NCBI RefSeq assembly: GCF_000181795.1
Contig: NW_003526943.1
Location: 3,563,150 to 3,627,149 of the forward strand
Length of the DNA stretch: 64,000 nt
Source: Trichinella spiralis
Taxonomy: Eukaryota
Direction of reading: 5' to 3'
Shown here: positions 12,939-26,042 of the stretch, in pieces
Layout of the letters: the number at the start of each line of letters is the position of its first letter
Position numbering within the stretch: the stretch's first letter is position 1
The notes under the pieces: model-generated
Databases searched by the model: none
What the model was told of the DNA's origin: nothing
The model's input: the letters and a program-made list of their open reading frames with translations, nothing else
Translations under genes and position numbers: made by a program

Positions 12939-14163
12939 ATGAGCTTGGAGGCAATTTTATATTTTCAATCTGCGCCATTACTTTTTGTTTCATTAACAAG
13001 ATTGTTCAGTTGCGGCAATGGATGCAGGTATTTTTTAAAAGGCTGGGATTTTTTATATTAAATATTGTTATTTAGAGACGACGCGAATGTGATTTTTAGG
13101 CGATTTACGGGTTCATTGTTTGCATCCATTATATCGGCAGTATTTGCTCAACTGTGGAGACCCAAAGTTGGTAATTCTATTGTTGTACAACATAAATGAT
13201 ATTCATTTTTAGAATATGGATCCGTTTGAATACCTAGGACTGAGATTGCAAGGTCTTTCAGCCGCATTCATGTTACCACTGCTACTCACAACAGTATTCT
13301 TAATTTTCAAATAATAATGCCGACATAATTGTGAATGGTTTTTAGTTGTTTTGCCTGGGACCAATTTCATTATTGCTTTTTAATTATTTTCAGAGTGTGT
13401 TTGCTTTTGTAAATTTATTAATTCAAATGTATATATATTTATGTATATAGTTTTTTGATTTGCAGTTTCATCACACTCGCAGATTCCTTCATCAGAGTTT
13501 CTTATCGTTTTGAGAAACGTTTTGCTGGTGACATGCATTGTCGTTGAATTAATATTGGAAAGTAATAAGCATATCTCTTAGGCACCTTTATGTGAAGAGA
13601 TGGTTTTCCGTTGTTGCATGGTTAATGTTGCTGCATCGTGTTTTCAGCCGTTTTCTGTTGTCTTGTTCATGCCAATTTATTTCGCTGCTGCGCATCTCCA
13701 TCATGCGCTGGATAAGACTGACTTCGTCTGTGGATGGCGTCAAATCTTACGCGTGCATTGTACTTTTTTTGTAGTTTTAGTTTTCAATTTAAATATATAT
13801 CTATATATGTATGGCATTATAAGTGTTTTTTTTCATAGGCGACCGACTTATCATCACTTACTTGTTTGGCGTTTACAATACTTTTATATATTTGCGTACA
13901 CGTAAGGCAGAATTTGAAATGGTGGAAAGATTTCTAAAAAATTCTACTTTTTTTCATTGATAGATCACTTTATTTCTGCCTTTGTTTGCCACGCGTTGTG
14001 CAACTTCATTGGTTTTCCAGAACCAGAAATGTATTATTCTTTAAACGAACGTTGGAAGCGATCCGTAGTACTTTCTGTAACATTTATTGGCATTCTACTG
14101 TGGATGATGTCTTTGTATCCACTTACTAATCCATCTCTATACGGGAACAAATTGTTTGTTTGA
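12939..14163 (+). CDS. rce1: CAAX prenyl protease 2 (Rce1 / type II CAAX endopeptidase, Abi/CPBP family)
   Basis: About eight short exons splice to MSLEAILY...RDDANVIFRRF...YLGLRLQGL...LFCLGP...LRNVLLAPLCEEMVFR...FAAAHLHH...TYLFGVYNTFIYLRT...HFISAFVCHALCNFIGFP...YPLTNPSLY. The catalytic motifs EExxFR, FxxxHxxH and HxxxN are intact. The start codon is inferred. Confidence 0.93.
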
Positions 14164-14968
14164 TAATAATTATTGACTATTTAGGCTTAGCGTTTTTATT
14201 TTTTGACTCTTTAAATTGAAACTTCAGTTTTCAAATTAGATAATATTTCGTAATAGTATTTTTCTTTCATAATTAGCATTAAAGGAAATATGCTTATTGT
14301 TTCGGTAAAAACTTTTGCATACCATATTAAAGTATCCGATTCATTAGTTTGTTGTACTGCAGTTACTCTACGTTGCTTTTACTGCTTATTCGTCGAAAAG
14401 TAAATTTGTTCAAATATTCATTGTATTGTAGTGGTGTTAACCTTACATATAAATAAATTATTTTTTCCATTTATTAAACATCAGAGGCGATCTGCATTCA
14501 ATGGGGACTTGTGATTTTTTTAATATGTTTATACAATGCATATTGCGGGTGCATTTATCTAAACTGAATTAATTGTATAGCTTGGAGCTGCAGTATTGCT
14601 ATCCATTTGATTCTTTTGAAGATTTCTCTTTCTATAGTTACTTCTGGTTACAACTGTATTAGCATTGTTTTTTGAAAGTTTTCAGGGACTTGAACTGCAG
14701 TATCACAGTTTACTTGAGAAGCTTCTTCAGTAGTAATATTTTATTTAATATTATTTTAAACTGAAAATTGTAATTGTGCAAATTCAACAGTTGTGCAACT
14801 GACATCTGTCATTTCATTTTCTTTGCATTGTTGATAATTCACTCACGATTTGATAAAAGTCTATTCCTAGTATATAATTTATTTTAATTAACAGGCTAGT
14901 GTTAGAAAATAGGATGTGCATAAAAGGTTGCCAGAATGCCAGTAATGAGCACTGATCAACACAAAGTG

Positions 14969-17786
14969 CTATTGCATTTCACCTAAATGAGAGGTAAATG
15001 TAAATGTTACATGATTGCTAGATATAAAGAAAAATTAAACAAATTAACCATACGCTTTTTGACGATAAAAGTTACAAAATCTGTTGATGTGCCATAATAT
15101 GAAATTAGCATGTGATTGGATTTGCTGACAATAATCGCATTCCTCTCATAACAACAAAATCTGAAATATCATATATTTACTTTTATAAATATATTTTATA
15201 AAACAAACAGATTTATTTTGCTTTTCAACTGCTGTTTCTTATTTATAAGTGTTCAATTCAAATTGGTGAACTTATCAATATATTTTTATAATGAATATGA
15301 CAAATAAATTTAAATTTTACCTTGCTGGAGAATTAGCCATGCTGTTGCCGTATTGAACAGAAATGAATGATCGCGAGCAGGTTATCTTGCATGGAAATTT
15401 GAAATTCACCAGTTGAAGTTCGATTCTTGCCTGTGGCGTTGTCTAAAGCTGTTACTGTTATTGAAACAGTTATTTTTAGCAAATTTAATGCATCAATTCA
15501 TCAACATACCTTGAAAAGCCAATGACATTTACCTTGACCAGATTTGTTGATTGTCCAAGGTGTAGTTTCTATTTCGATATTTATTTTGCCACAGTCATCA
15601 TTAGTCGCTGAAATGAATAAAATAAATCTATTTTAAAATTGTCCTTGATTTTTTGTATATTGTACGTTGTGCCTCTTTGCAGTATAGTCCCGCCAAGCCA
15701 ACTGGGCAACGGCATGTGCTGCAGTTTTTTGGATCTGCGTAGCCATCAAATTCACATTCTAAAGGTTTGCACAAGTCTGTAAAAAATTGATGGAATATTA
15801 TTTTTTGTCCTGTCAACTGTATACTGAATGAGCGGTACCGTTGCAGTAAATTAGATTAATGGTTTTTGCATCGTAAAATGAAGGAAAATCCCTTTGACCA
15901 AGAGTAGACCGATAGTTGACGTCAAGTGCACTGATTGTATTTTTGTTGATATTAATTGCAAAAGCCTTAATATATATGCATGTATTTGTAGTGATATTTT
16001 TCATAGGAACAAATAATCCAAACCCTGGGTCCGTAAAGCATTTGTGATCCATAGTCAAACGGAATAACGTTGACCAAAGCGATATTATTCGTTAAGCGAT
16101 AGAAATTGCTCCGTGCATGTGGTTTAATGTTACCATGATGTATATTGATAAATTTATCTCTGTCAGGTCGATTTTGTTCGTGCCACACCCCAAGCGCGTG
16201 CCCAATTTCATGGCAAACAATGCCAGCGCTTTCACAGCCTGTTCCTATTGAAATTGGCTGTTTCCCACCAATCTTTCCAACATATGAATAACAGCTGAAA
16301 AAAATATCCATAAAATTTGTTTTTAAATTTCCGTCTACTCTTATTATTTTTTGCATTAAAATTATCATTATTTCTTTATCAATTATCATTTGCATTATTA
16401 TTCATAAATTTTTAATTGTTTTGATATATTAATTGAAGCTATACCCTGATCCTTTAAAAAATTCCATATAATCTCCTGTAGGATGGTTGTCTTGGCGAAC
16501 AAACTTCAAGCATGTGATCTTCTCCCATTGTTTAATGCCTCGTTCTACGGCGTTTGTATCTACTAAAAATGAAAACAACTCATCTCATTCAAATATTTGT
16601 TAAATATGAATAATGGAGCATAATTCTCCAGCTATTTAAGCAATTATTCAATCTGAGCCGCTTTTATATTTGGATATGAACTAATTTGATTTTTTAAAAT
16701 ATTTCTATATACTTTTAGCAATTAAAAATTGAATGTATTTATTATTATGAATATTACCTTATAAAATTAAAGGTTGAAATTAATCATTTTTTATAAATAT
16801 TTCAAGTATTTAATGAACAGATTACCACCACTTCTTGTGTTGATTGAGTATGGAATTGTACGCTTCCAGCGACTGAATGCATTTCCAGTAACCATACCAC
16901 GAAGTGTACTAGAAGTGAATACACAGACCGTTAATATTCAACTGTGGATGCAAAAGTGGTATTCATTAAGCATATTTTATAAATATAAATGAAGTCGAAT
17001 ACATTCGCCATTCTGCATAATTTAATATGATAACAAATGTTCACTTTTAGAATTCTTAATTTTAAGCAGTTTTAAAAGCACCTTGAACAATGATATGAAA
17101 TCTGTTACTTCAATTTCATTCAAAAGTGCAACATAATTAAATAAATAAGAATTTGCACGGTCAAATGCAAATGAAATGTAACTTTAACGTAAAATTAAAT
17201 AATGTGAACAGATCTGAAAATAAAATAAGGTAAAACTAAAGATGTTCTTGAAAGCAACGTAGGAATTTTTCAGTTAATACGCACTCTGCATCAGAGGAGT
17301 TTTTGAATATCTTTTTTTCCATCACTTTCATTTGATCGACAGTCAGAAGAATATCTCCTTCGAAAAGGTTTGAATTCTCTTCTGGATTCTAAAATTAAAA
17401 AAATATTTACATGAAATGAATTTGATTTCATATTTGCATTGCTTCATTGAATGTTGTATCTGAAACTGTTTGAAGTGTGGCATTCCTGACGTTTTCCATA
17501 AATCGAAAATACGCATTGGCTGTTGTTTCATTGAACCCTGCTTGAGATTGCAGTTCTATCCGAAATAATTCAGAAGTAGACTAAACCAAAAAAACAAAAA
17601 TTAATGAGCTAAAGGAATAAATATTATAAATTCTCAAGAAGAGAAATAATAATAATTAATTAAGGAACTTACGAACATTGTTGCGTTATTTTCATATTGA
17701 AGCGAACGTAACGAATGCTTTGATTTATAACCATTGAAAAATAGGAACATCATCAAGTAGATGACGTTCAGTTTAACGGATGCCAT
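14969..17786 (-). CDS. Astacin (M12A, nematode NAS-type) zinc metalloprotease: signal peptide, prodomain, astacin, EGF, CUB
   Basis: Signal-like MASVKLNVIYLMMFLFFNG; prodomain NLFEGDILLT; WEKITCLKF; GCYSYVGK; zinc motif HEIGHALGVWHEQNRPDRD; Met-turn DYGSQMLY; LGQR...DAKTINLIYC; EGF CEFDGYADPKNCSTCRCPVGLAGLYC; CUB exons (CHWLFK...FPCKITC...RFCC). The last exon and stop codon are uncertain, and the gene may extend towards ~14560. Confidence 0.93.
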
Positions 17787-18445
17787 TTTTGATAAATGAT
17801 TAGCTGTAATAAACTATTATTAATTATACAGCTGAAAAATTTTATGCGGAAAACAAAATTATAGTATATAATCTTGTTCATTTAAACAACAAACTTCTAC
17901 TAATAACGAATATTACTTCCATAATGAAAACTATTGTAATGATTTGCTTCAACTGGATCATTTCCAATATTTAATAAGTTTATTTGAAATGCGATATATT
18001 TTATTTGTCATTTTCAAATGCACTCTTTTAGCATGATACTAGATATGTTTAAAAACTATAGAACTAGAAGCGATGTGTTAATGATCCCAAAGTCTGAATA
18101 ACAACACCACATTGGTTATCTGATATTCGACGAAATATCACCATTAGTATGGTTGTAAAACAACGCTATATCATAACAAAGGCGGCTATATGCTTCTGGA
18201 TAAATTACTGTTATGAGAATAATTTATAAACAACACAAGAAAAAAGGAATGAGGAAATCTGAGGAGTGTATAAGTTGTTATAAAACGAGGAAAAGTGTTT
18301 TTGACCATTTTAATTGTATTTTAAATATATAAAAAATTAGAAATAAGTGATGCACTGAAAAATGCTGATGCCACACCAAATTGATGGATGCAATTTGTGA
18401 GAAATAACAATAATGATCCTGGGTTTTGCTTTTACAATATTTCTG

Positions 18446-18552
<107 letters not shown>

Positions 18553-20860
18553 TGTAATTTACGCAAGTTCTTTTATATAACATATGACAATTCCATATCA
18601 ATCTTGGAAAGCTTTATAAAATTATTTTTACACTTTTAAAAGCTGAAATGAGGTATTTATAAATTTCGAGTGCCTGCTTTTAGCTAAATGTTGAAAAAAA
18701 CAGTCGAAAACAGCCTGTGCGAAGTTATTTCATCTACAACTTTTATAATAATAGAATTTACTTTGATTTTAAATAAATATATGCTGAATAACAAAATGGA
18801 CTTAGTATTTATATCTGAAACAAAGAATTATGTAAAATTCTCTATGTTGGAACTCTGTATTAGAGACAGCTTTATGCTTAATGCTTTACTACCTACAAAA
18901 TTACTATAACTGTGTTTGGTGTTTAATATAATTGAAAATCAAAATGTAGATGCAAAAATCTGGCGTCAAAAAATATCATACCACAAATAAATATGTTTTA
19001 ATTATTTGTTTTTGCTAATGTGATGAAACCAGAAGTTTATTATTTGATTGTTCGTTGTCTTAATTATTCTATTATTTATTAATTATTGTAACATTATATT
19101 GTGATTGTTACATTAGTTATTTGTTATATGTATAGTTAATATTGTCATGTTCATGTTATCTGTATGCAATGTTTAATTATTCAGATTGCATTTTCTTGCC
19201 TTATTATAATCTAAGCTTAAAACCTAGGAATTTATTGTTTACTAGCCCGTAATTTTGCAGTGAGAAACGCAAGTGCTCCGTGACCTTTTATTCTCATCTC
19301 AGCTTTTGTTGTGAAACACTGTAGATGAATAATGATCTCGGTGGTATTAACGGAAGCGTAGAAATGAAAGAAGCAGAGAGTCTTAATATTATATGGTGAG
19401 TTATTTGCTTAGTACATATAGTGTCAATGTAAAGCCAGGACAGGATGGTTAAAAACCGAACTGCATTATCTAGAGTGAGATGCTACAAACAGTGAACTGA
19501 GGATACGATACCAGCGGCGGGTAAGCACGTCTGTGTTGAATTTAACTTTATATATATCCGTTTTAATTCAGTAGGAAAAGTCTTATAATATTAAACAAGA
19601 AAATACTTTGTGATTGCATAATATATTTATAATTCGTTACAATTCTTCATGTATATAACAACTGTAGGCATTAATTTATATGAACCTAATTATCAAATAA
19701 AATCAGCAATATAAATTTCCTCAATTTTTGCTAATCAATAAGTAAAATAATTTTAAATGCGAATTTTTGTTTTTAAATGCAACAAAAAAAAGTTTAAAAT
19801 CAAAACAAAAAATGAAATATAGCAAAAAAAATATATCAGTTATTGTAGTTTTTGTTATTAATTAAAAAATTGAAAACATGCTTTTATTATTTTTTGTAAA
19901 TCAGTTTATCCATTATTTTTCTTAATTTTGCATTATTTAATCTTAAATTTATTATTCGTATAACGCAAATGATCACGAATGCGAACAATCAACGAAAATG
20001 AACCGCTCTTGATAGCACCGTTGAGTTACAATTGCAACAATACTACAGATATTTTAAAGCGATAAAAAATTGTTTAAAAATTATTATTTTAAATAACGCG
20101 AGATAAAGTTATTTATGAGTTATGAAAATTTGAAAAAAATAAAATTTCAGAGTTTTTTTTCAACGCGCGTCAACTTAACCTGAATAATTTTACCTAATTT
20201 TCACATTTGCAAAACTATTTGAGATTACTGTGTAACTTACGCACCGTTTTGATCTTCTGGTTTTGGTGGCGACGGTTTTCATTTTGAAATAATTTTCACC
20301 CAAATGGCCTAGAATTCCAACACAATCAATTGGAAAGTGATAAAAAGATTTATTTGTACATATTAAAAAAATAAATATTGCGAAATTGGTAATGGAATAT
20401 GCAGAAAAGATTTTGTCATTGCATTGTTTATTTATTTCATGCTTCTCTTTGAAATTGAAGTTAATCTGAACAAGAAGCATAGCGCAGTACTTTGCTTGTG
20501 GTGATTTTTCTTTCACTCATTGTTTTTCCAAACATTCCTGTGATATCGGGACGCTCTTGGCGGTGTGTGTCACTGATTTCATTGCACGTAAGCCGATTAT
20601 TTCTTTTCTATTTTTTTCTGTTACTTTGATTAATTTATTATTTTGATTTTTTGGTAAAAGTTATGATTTCAAGTTTTTTTCTTTCAATTATGTATATATA
20701 TACATATACATATGATTGATTGTTTAATATTTTCACTAAAAGCAGGTAAGCCGTGTGTTGATTGCTAGTTTTGTTTTTCGTAACAAGCGCAGTTTCTTAT
20801 TGTTGTTGTTGTTGTTGTTGATCAGCTTTACCGAGTTGGTTTTTTGTCCGTTCAGATTTG

Positions 20861-23800
20861 ATGGAACAAGTGCAACAGCAGCAGCAGAGTGAACAGTTGT
20901 TTGAAAAGCAGATGCTCGAATCGTTGCCTATGACTGAAGTAAGACTTTTTAATGGAAGTTGCTATTTAAAATTAAAATTGCGTCTTTGTGTTTTACTTTT
21001 ATTTTTGGGATTAATAATTTTGGGTGAAATGTCGCGTTTAAAAAAGTGAGCACGGATTTGACCTTGTGTATATGTCTAAGCGTATGTGTTTACTCAAGCT
21101 AGTGAAGTAGCACGTTCAGTTTATTTTGATAACGGTGCTTAGTCAGTTTTTGAGCATTTTGCTATTTGTTCATTTTTCTTATCGATTTCGAACTTCACCA
21201 TCACGCTTTCTGAGCAAAATTGACCAACTCTTGTCTGTATGTGGACGGCCGTGAAGGGTGGGTGTCTTTCGCGTTGGATGAGATTGTTGAAAAATGTGAT
21301 ATGACATTTCAGCTACAACATCAGCCGTTACTGCAGAGTGATTCCAATTCAGGTCTTGGCGTTAGTTCTGAATCCAAATCTCTGCCGAACGTGGTTTGTT
21401 TGTTTGTTTGCTTATTTATCAGTATTTTTATTATTCAACTAGTATTTTCTCTTCAAGACAAGCGAAGGTTCCAATCAGAGCAATCCTGCTAATGATACGG
21501 CCGTTACGCCGGAATCTGTTACCCCTGATCGGAATGTTGGAGTTTCGACGTGCTGTTTGATTGAGCAAAATGTGGCCATTACCACTCCGAACGAGTCGAA
21601 GAGTGGGAAACGCCCGGCGCGTAAGCGAAAATCCCAAATAGGCACCGTCGATAATGCCACTTCGCCTGGTTCGAAAAACATCCGTAAACTTGACGAATTT
21701 TTCTCTACAGTAATTGTTGCTCTTGTTCCGTCCAGAGAATTTTCCATTTACAATTGGTTTTGTTTTTATTTTTCAAATCGTTCTTGCAGGATACTGTGGG
21801 CAGATCGTCTCAGGCTAGTCAACGCGGTGTGAAAAATGCAAACTCAGGTCGCTTGACTACTGGATCTGGTTCTAACGTATGTGGTGATGCAGTTAAGCAT
21901 GCGTGCTTTGGTTATTATTATTATTATTATTATCATTATTGCAGCTTGTTGTTTTAGGCGGGAAATGCTGATTCGGACAGCAATTCATTACCTGGTGCGT
22001 TTGTGAGTTACGCTCTTGCGAACAGTCGCAGTTCAAATATTGAAGGGAATTATCATTTCGCTATGTCGGTTGGAAACAACGTTAGCGATAACATATCGCC
22101 TCCGTTGAATCTCGCCTATCAAGAAACCGGTGTTTCGACTCAAGTTTGCACATTCATAAATGATGTTTATTTGTGAATTTTATTTAAAATTTTTTTAAAG
22201 ACTGATTTAACTATGCAGCATTTGAACGACCAAGTACGAGTGTTGAAAGATCAAGAACACGTAAAGCTGTCATTTATCACTTTTAATTAGCCAGTTGTAG
22301 AAAAAATTTTTTCTTTCTTTCTTATTTCTTTTCTCAGATGATATGTGAACTTAATGCTCGCTTGAATCATCAGATGCAGCGTTTGAGCGATGCAGAAGCA
22401 AGAATGGAAAAATGCAAAGAAATCGAAAAGAAATTATTGATTCAGCAGGTTGAAAACAGTGATTTTTCTTCTTCGCGTTCTTCTTCAGCATTTGTTCTGC
22501 TTTTATAGTCGGTTATGGAACGTAAACAGCGGCGTGAAAAATGTATGGAAGATCGACTTCGCTTGGGTCAGTTCGTTTCCGAAAGGCGTGGCACTCAGTT
22601 TGAAGACATTTGGAGTGAAGGATACGCATTTTTGGAAATGAAGAAAAAGCTGCAAGCTATCAACGCCGAACGAGAGGAGATTGTTCGTTTGACGGCTTTG
22701 TTGAGGTTAATCTAATTTTTTTTGTCTCCTTTTTCTTTTTCCTTCTTAAAATTCTTACTTCAATTCGAAATAGCGCGTAACTGCTTGAAATTGTCTAAAG
22801 GAATCGATTTCATTTCTATCGGTCATGACAAATTAGGATTGAAATTTTCTAAAAATTTTCAAAACAACTCAGCAGGTAAACTCTGGAGAGAAAATTTTTT
22901 TTTCATTTCATCAACAATATTCGCATTCAGTTAGTTCAACGTAAGTAGATGAAGGTATTTCACACGTGGCGGCGGTTGGTTTGAGAAGTTGCGTCCAATG
23001 TAATTACTGTAAATAGCCTGCAGGTTGCACGGAGAGTGTATACTGTAGAATTGATTTTCCTCTCGGATAATCACGGGTCTGATGAAAAAAACTAAAATCT
23101 AAAAATGAATTCTGTTTTGAAAATGTTATAAATATGAGAAAAATGCGTGAGTACGAAGGAGAGTGATCAACGTTTGGCTAATTTTTCAACTGACCATATT
23201 ACGTTGCCGAGTGGAGCTTTGTGGATGACACAGCAAGTGATGATAATTCAATTACCGCCAAAATTCCAAATACGATTTTCATTTTATTTTTCACATTTCG
23301 TCGATTATCAATATATTTTTTTTATTTTCAAAATTGTTTGTTTTCAAAAATGACAAAATTGGTGTACATTTTTTGAAAATGTACGAATTTCATTGTTTAT
23401 GATTGTCGTCAGCTGTTTGTCATCGGTTCAAAATGGAAATGAATTTCATCTCAGCCACCTTCAGTGATGATGATGAAGTTTTCGGTGCGGATAAAATCAA
23501 TAACAGTGAGACAAATGTCTTTCATTGTTAATGGACAAGGAATGGCCTTTCGAGTAGCAGAAGAAATTTTTTTTAATTTCTGCTTTGTGGAAAATTCTCA
23601 TTGAATTTTATTCTTCTCGAAGGGGGTAGATTGAATATTTTTGGCAGAAGAGGAATTGAACTCTATTTTGCAAAGATGGCGTGGCGTGTTGCTTGCCAGC
23701 TGTCGTCGGTATTCTTTCAAAATACCGTCAACAGTAAGTACAGTGTAAGCAAGGTTTGTTGCATAAAATAAGCCTTGTAAATTAAAATAAGACATGTTAA

Positions 23801-26042
23801 TTAAGAAGCTGCTTTTCTCTAGATGTATTGTTGTTGGCATATTGATTGGATTGACTTTGAGACAGAAATATGTCTTTTTATTGGTTAGTCTTAGTTGGTA
23901 TGACACCGATGAATTCCTAGTTGTTCCTAACGTTGTTTATTTATGATGAATAAGAATTTTATGCTGAATGTGATTTTTTCGAATAACGAATATTGTAATC
24001 TGACTAATTTTTTACTTTTTTATAATTTTTGTTCCGGAAAAGATTTTAATCAGAAGAAATAAATAGTCGTAGTAGTAATATTTATTAGTAGATTCGATTA
24101 GATTTTATAAAAATAGTGAAATGTTATTTTTCAATTAGGTTAAACTTAAGCAATTTTTAGGTTATTTATGAAATTGTTGTTTTAGGAAAAGAAAACCATT
24201 GTCATCAAGTGCGACGAAACGACTTTCTGCTTCCGGTTCAGCTAGTGGTCAAAATCACACTGGTGCCACGAATGACGGGTTCACCAGACCGGAACTGCTC
24301 TCTCAGTAAGTAGTAGCTGTAGTAGTGAGAGTTTTGTGTGAATTTTCAAATGGAGCAGGATGTAAGTAAAATCTGCTTCATTTTAGGTTATCCGCTCAAG
24401 AATATTACGAACAAGAGGAGATATTGAAACTTCGCAAAGAGCAACTGAAGAAGGAAGAAGCCGAACTTGGAACTGAACAAGATCGTCTAGAACGTGAACG
24501 CAACTTGCACATGAGAGAATTGAAGCGGATTCAAAATGAAGATCAATCTAGGTGTGGTCATTTGAAATTTATTTCTTGTTGTTGCTCTGATAGCTTATTG
24601 TAATAATTTTGTCAATTTTCATTTTTCTTAGATACAAAGATCACGAGTGTTTGAAAAACAATCGCTACGTGTTGTTGTCTTTACTGGGCAAAGGTGGTTT
24701 TAGTGAAGTTTGGTGCGCTTTTGATTTGGACGAGCAACGATATGTGGCGTGTAAAATTCACCAGGTGAATCGGGAATGGAGAGAGGAGAAAAAATCCAGC
24801 TACGTCAGGTATACATGATATGCGTGATGTTTGTCCACTTTTGTGCCATTCGTCATTGCGCCTACTTGCGACTTGTTTAAGGCACGCATTGCGGGAGAAG
24901 GACATTCACAAAACTTTGGATCATCCGCGGGTGGTGAAGCTGTACGATGTATTTACTATTGACGTGAACAGTTTTTGTACTGTTCTTGAATACTGTGACG
25001 GAAACGACCTGGACTTCTACTTAAAGCAGAACAAATGCATTTCTGAAAAGGAAGCACGATCCATTATCATGCAAGCCATCAGTGCCCTCAAGTACCTCAA
25101 CGATATCAAGCCACCTGTTATTCATTATGACTTAAAACCAGGTTTGTTTGTTTGTTTGTTTATCAATTGATTTCATTGTTTGTAACTTTTTAATAAATGG
25201 AACTTTAGCCAACATCTTGCTCAGCTCTGGTACTGCTTCCGGCGAAATTAAAATAACAGACTTTGGTTTGTCGAAAATAATGGAAGACGATAAATACGAT
25301 CCTTCTGTGGGAATGGATCTCACTTCTCAGGGTGCCGGCACGTACTGGTATATGCCTTGAGTTTGATGGTGCTGTTTGAAGAAAAGAATAATTTGAATTT
25401 TATTCTTAGGTATCTTCCTCCCGAGTGTTTTGTTCTCTCTAAAGTTCCGCCTAAAATTACCAATCAAGTTGACGTGTGGAGTATTGGGGTAATATTCTAC
25501 CAATGCCTCTATGGACAACGAGTATGTTTTTTTTACTTTCTTTTCATTTAATGAGGCTGCATTGAAAAAAAAATATATACATTCACATATATTTTATCTG
25601 TATTTCAGCCATTTGGACACGACATGACACAGGCTAGTATTTTGGAGAACAAGACCATTTTGCGCGCTACAGATGTTGTTTTTCCACCAAAACCTTACGT
25701 ATCGAATGAAGCGAAAGTATTTTATTTTATTTAAACAATAATGTGTAGACTGTTACGTTAGTGCACGTTAATTAGTGCCGACATTACTATACACGAGAGC
25801 TCAGAAAGAATTGTATATTTTATTTCATTTGAAATTTTCTCTTCAAGGATTTTATTCGATGTTGCCTGCAGTATCGTAAAGAAGATCGAGCTGATGTGTT
25901 GCAGTTGTATAATCATGAATATTTAAAACCGAAAGGTTGGAAGGCACAATCGACTAGCAACGCCGCCCAAGCACAGGCGCAAATTTATTCTGATACGTCG
26001 TCAGTGGTGCACAATAACCCATCCTTTGGTGGACAGTTATGA
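20861..26042 (+). CDS. tlk-1: Tousled-like serine/threonine kinase
   Basis: Multi-exon gene. Basic NLS-like [11 protein letters not shown] coiled-coil motifs [14 protein letters not shown]...[27 protein letters not shown] and [19 protein letters not shown]. Kinase domain [74 protein letters not shown]. Stop TGA at 26040-26042. Upstream non-coding exons are likely (GTAAGC donors near 20588 and 20746). Confidence 0.96.

Noticed and set aside
23055..23130. CTGATGA...GAAA hammerhead-ribozyme-like core
   Set aside because: Stems I-III are weak or A/T-only, and the conserved G-C pair closing stem II is absent.
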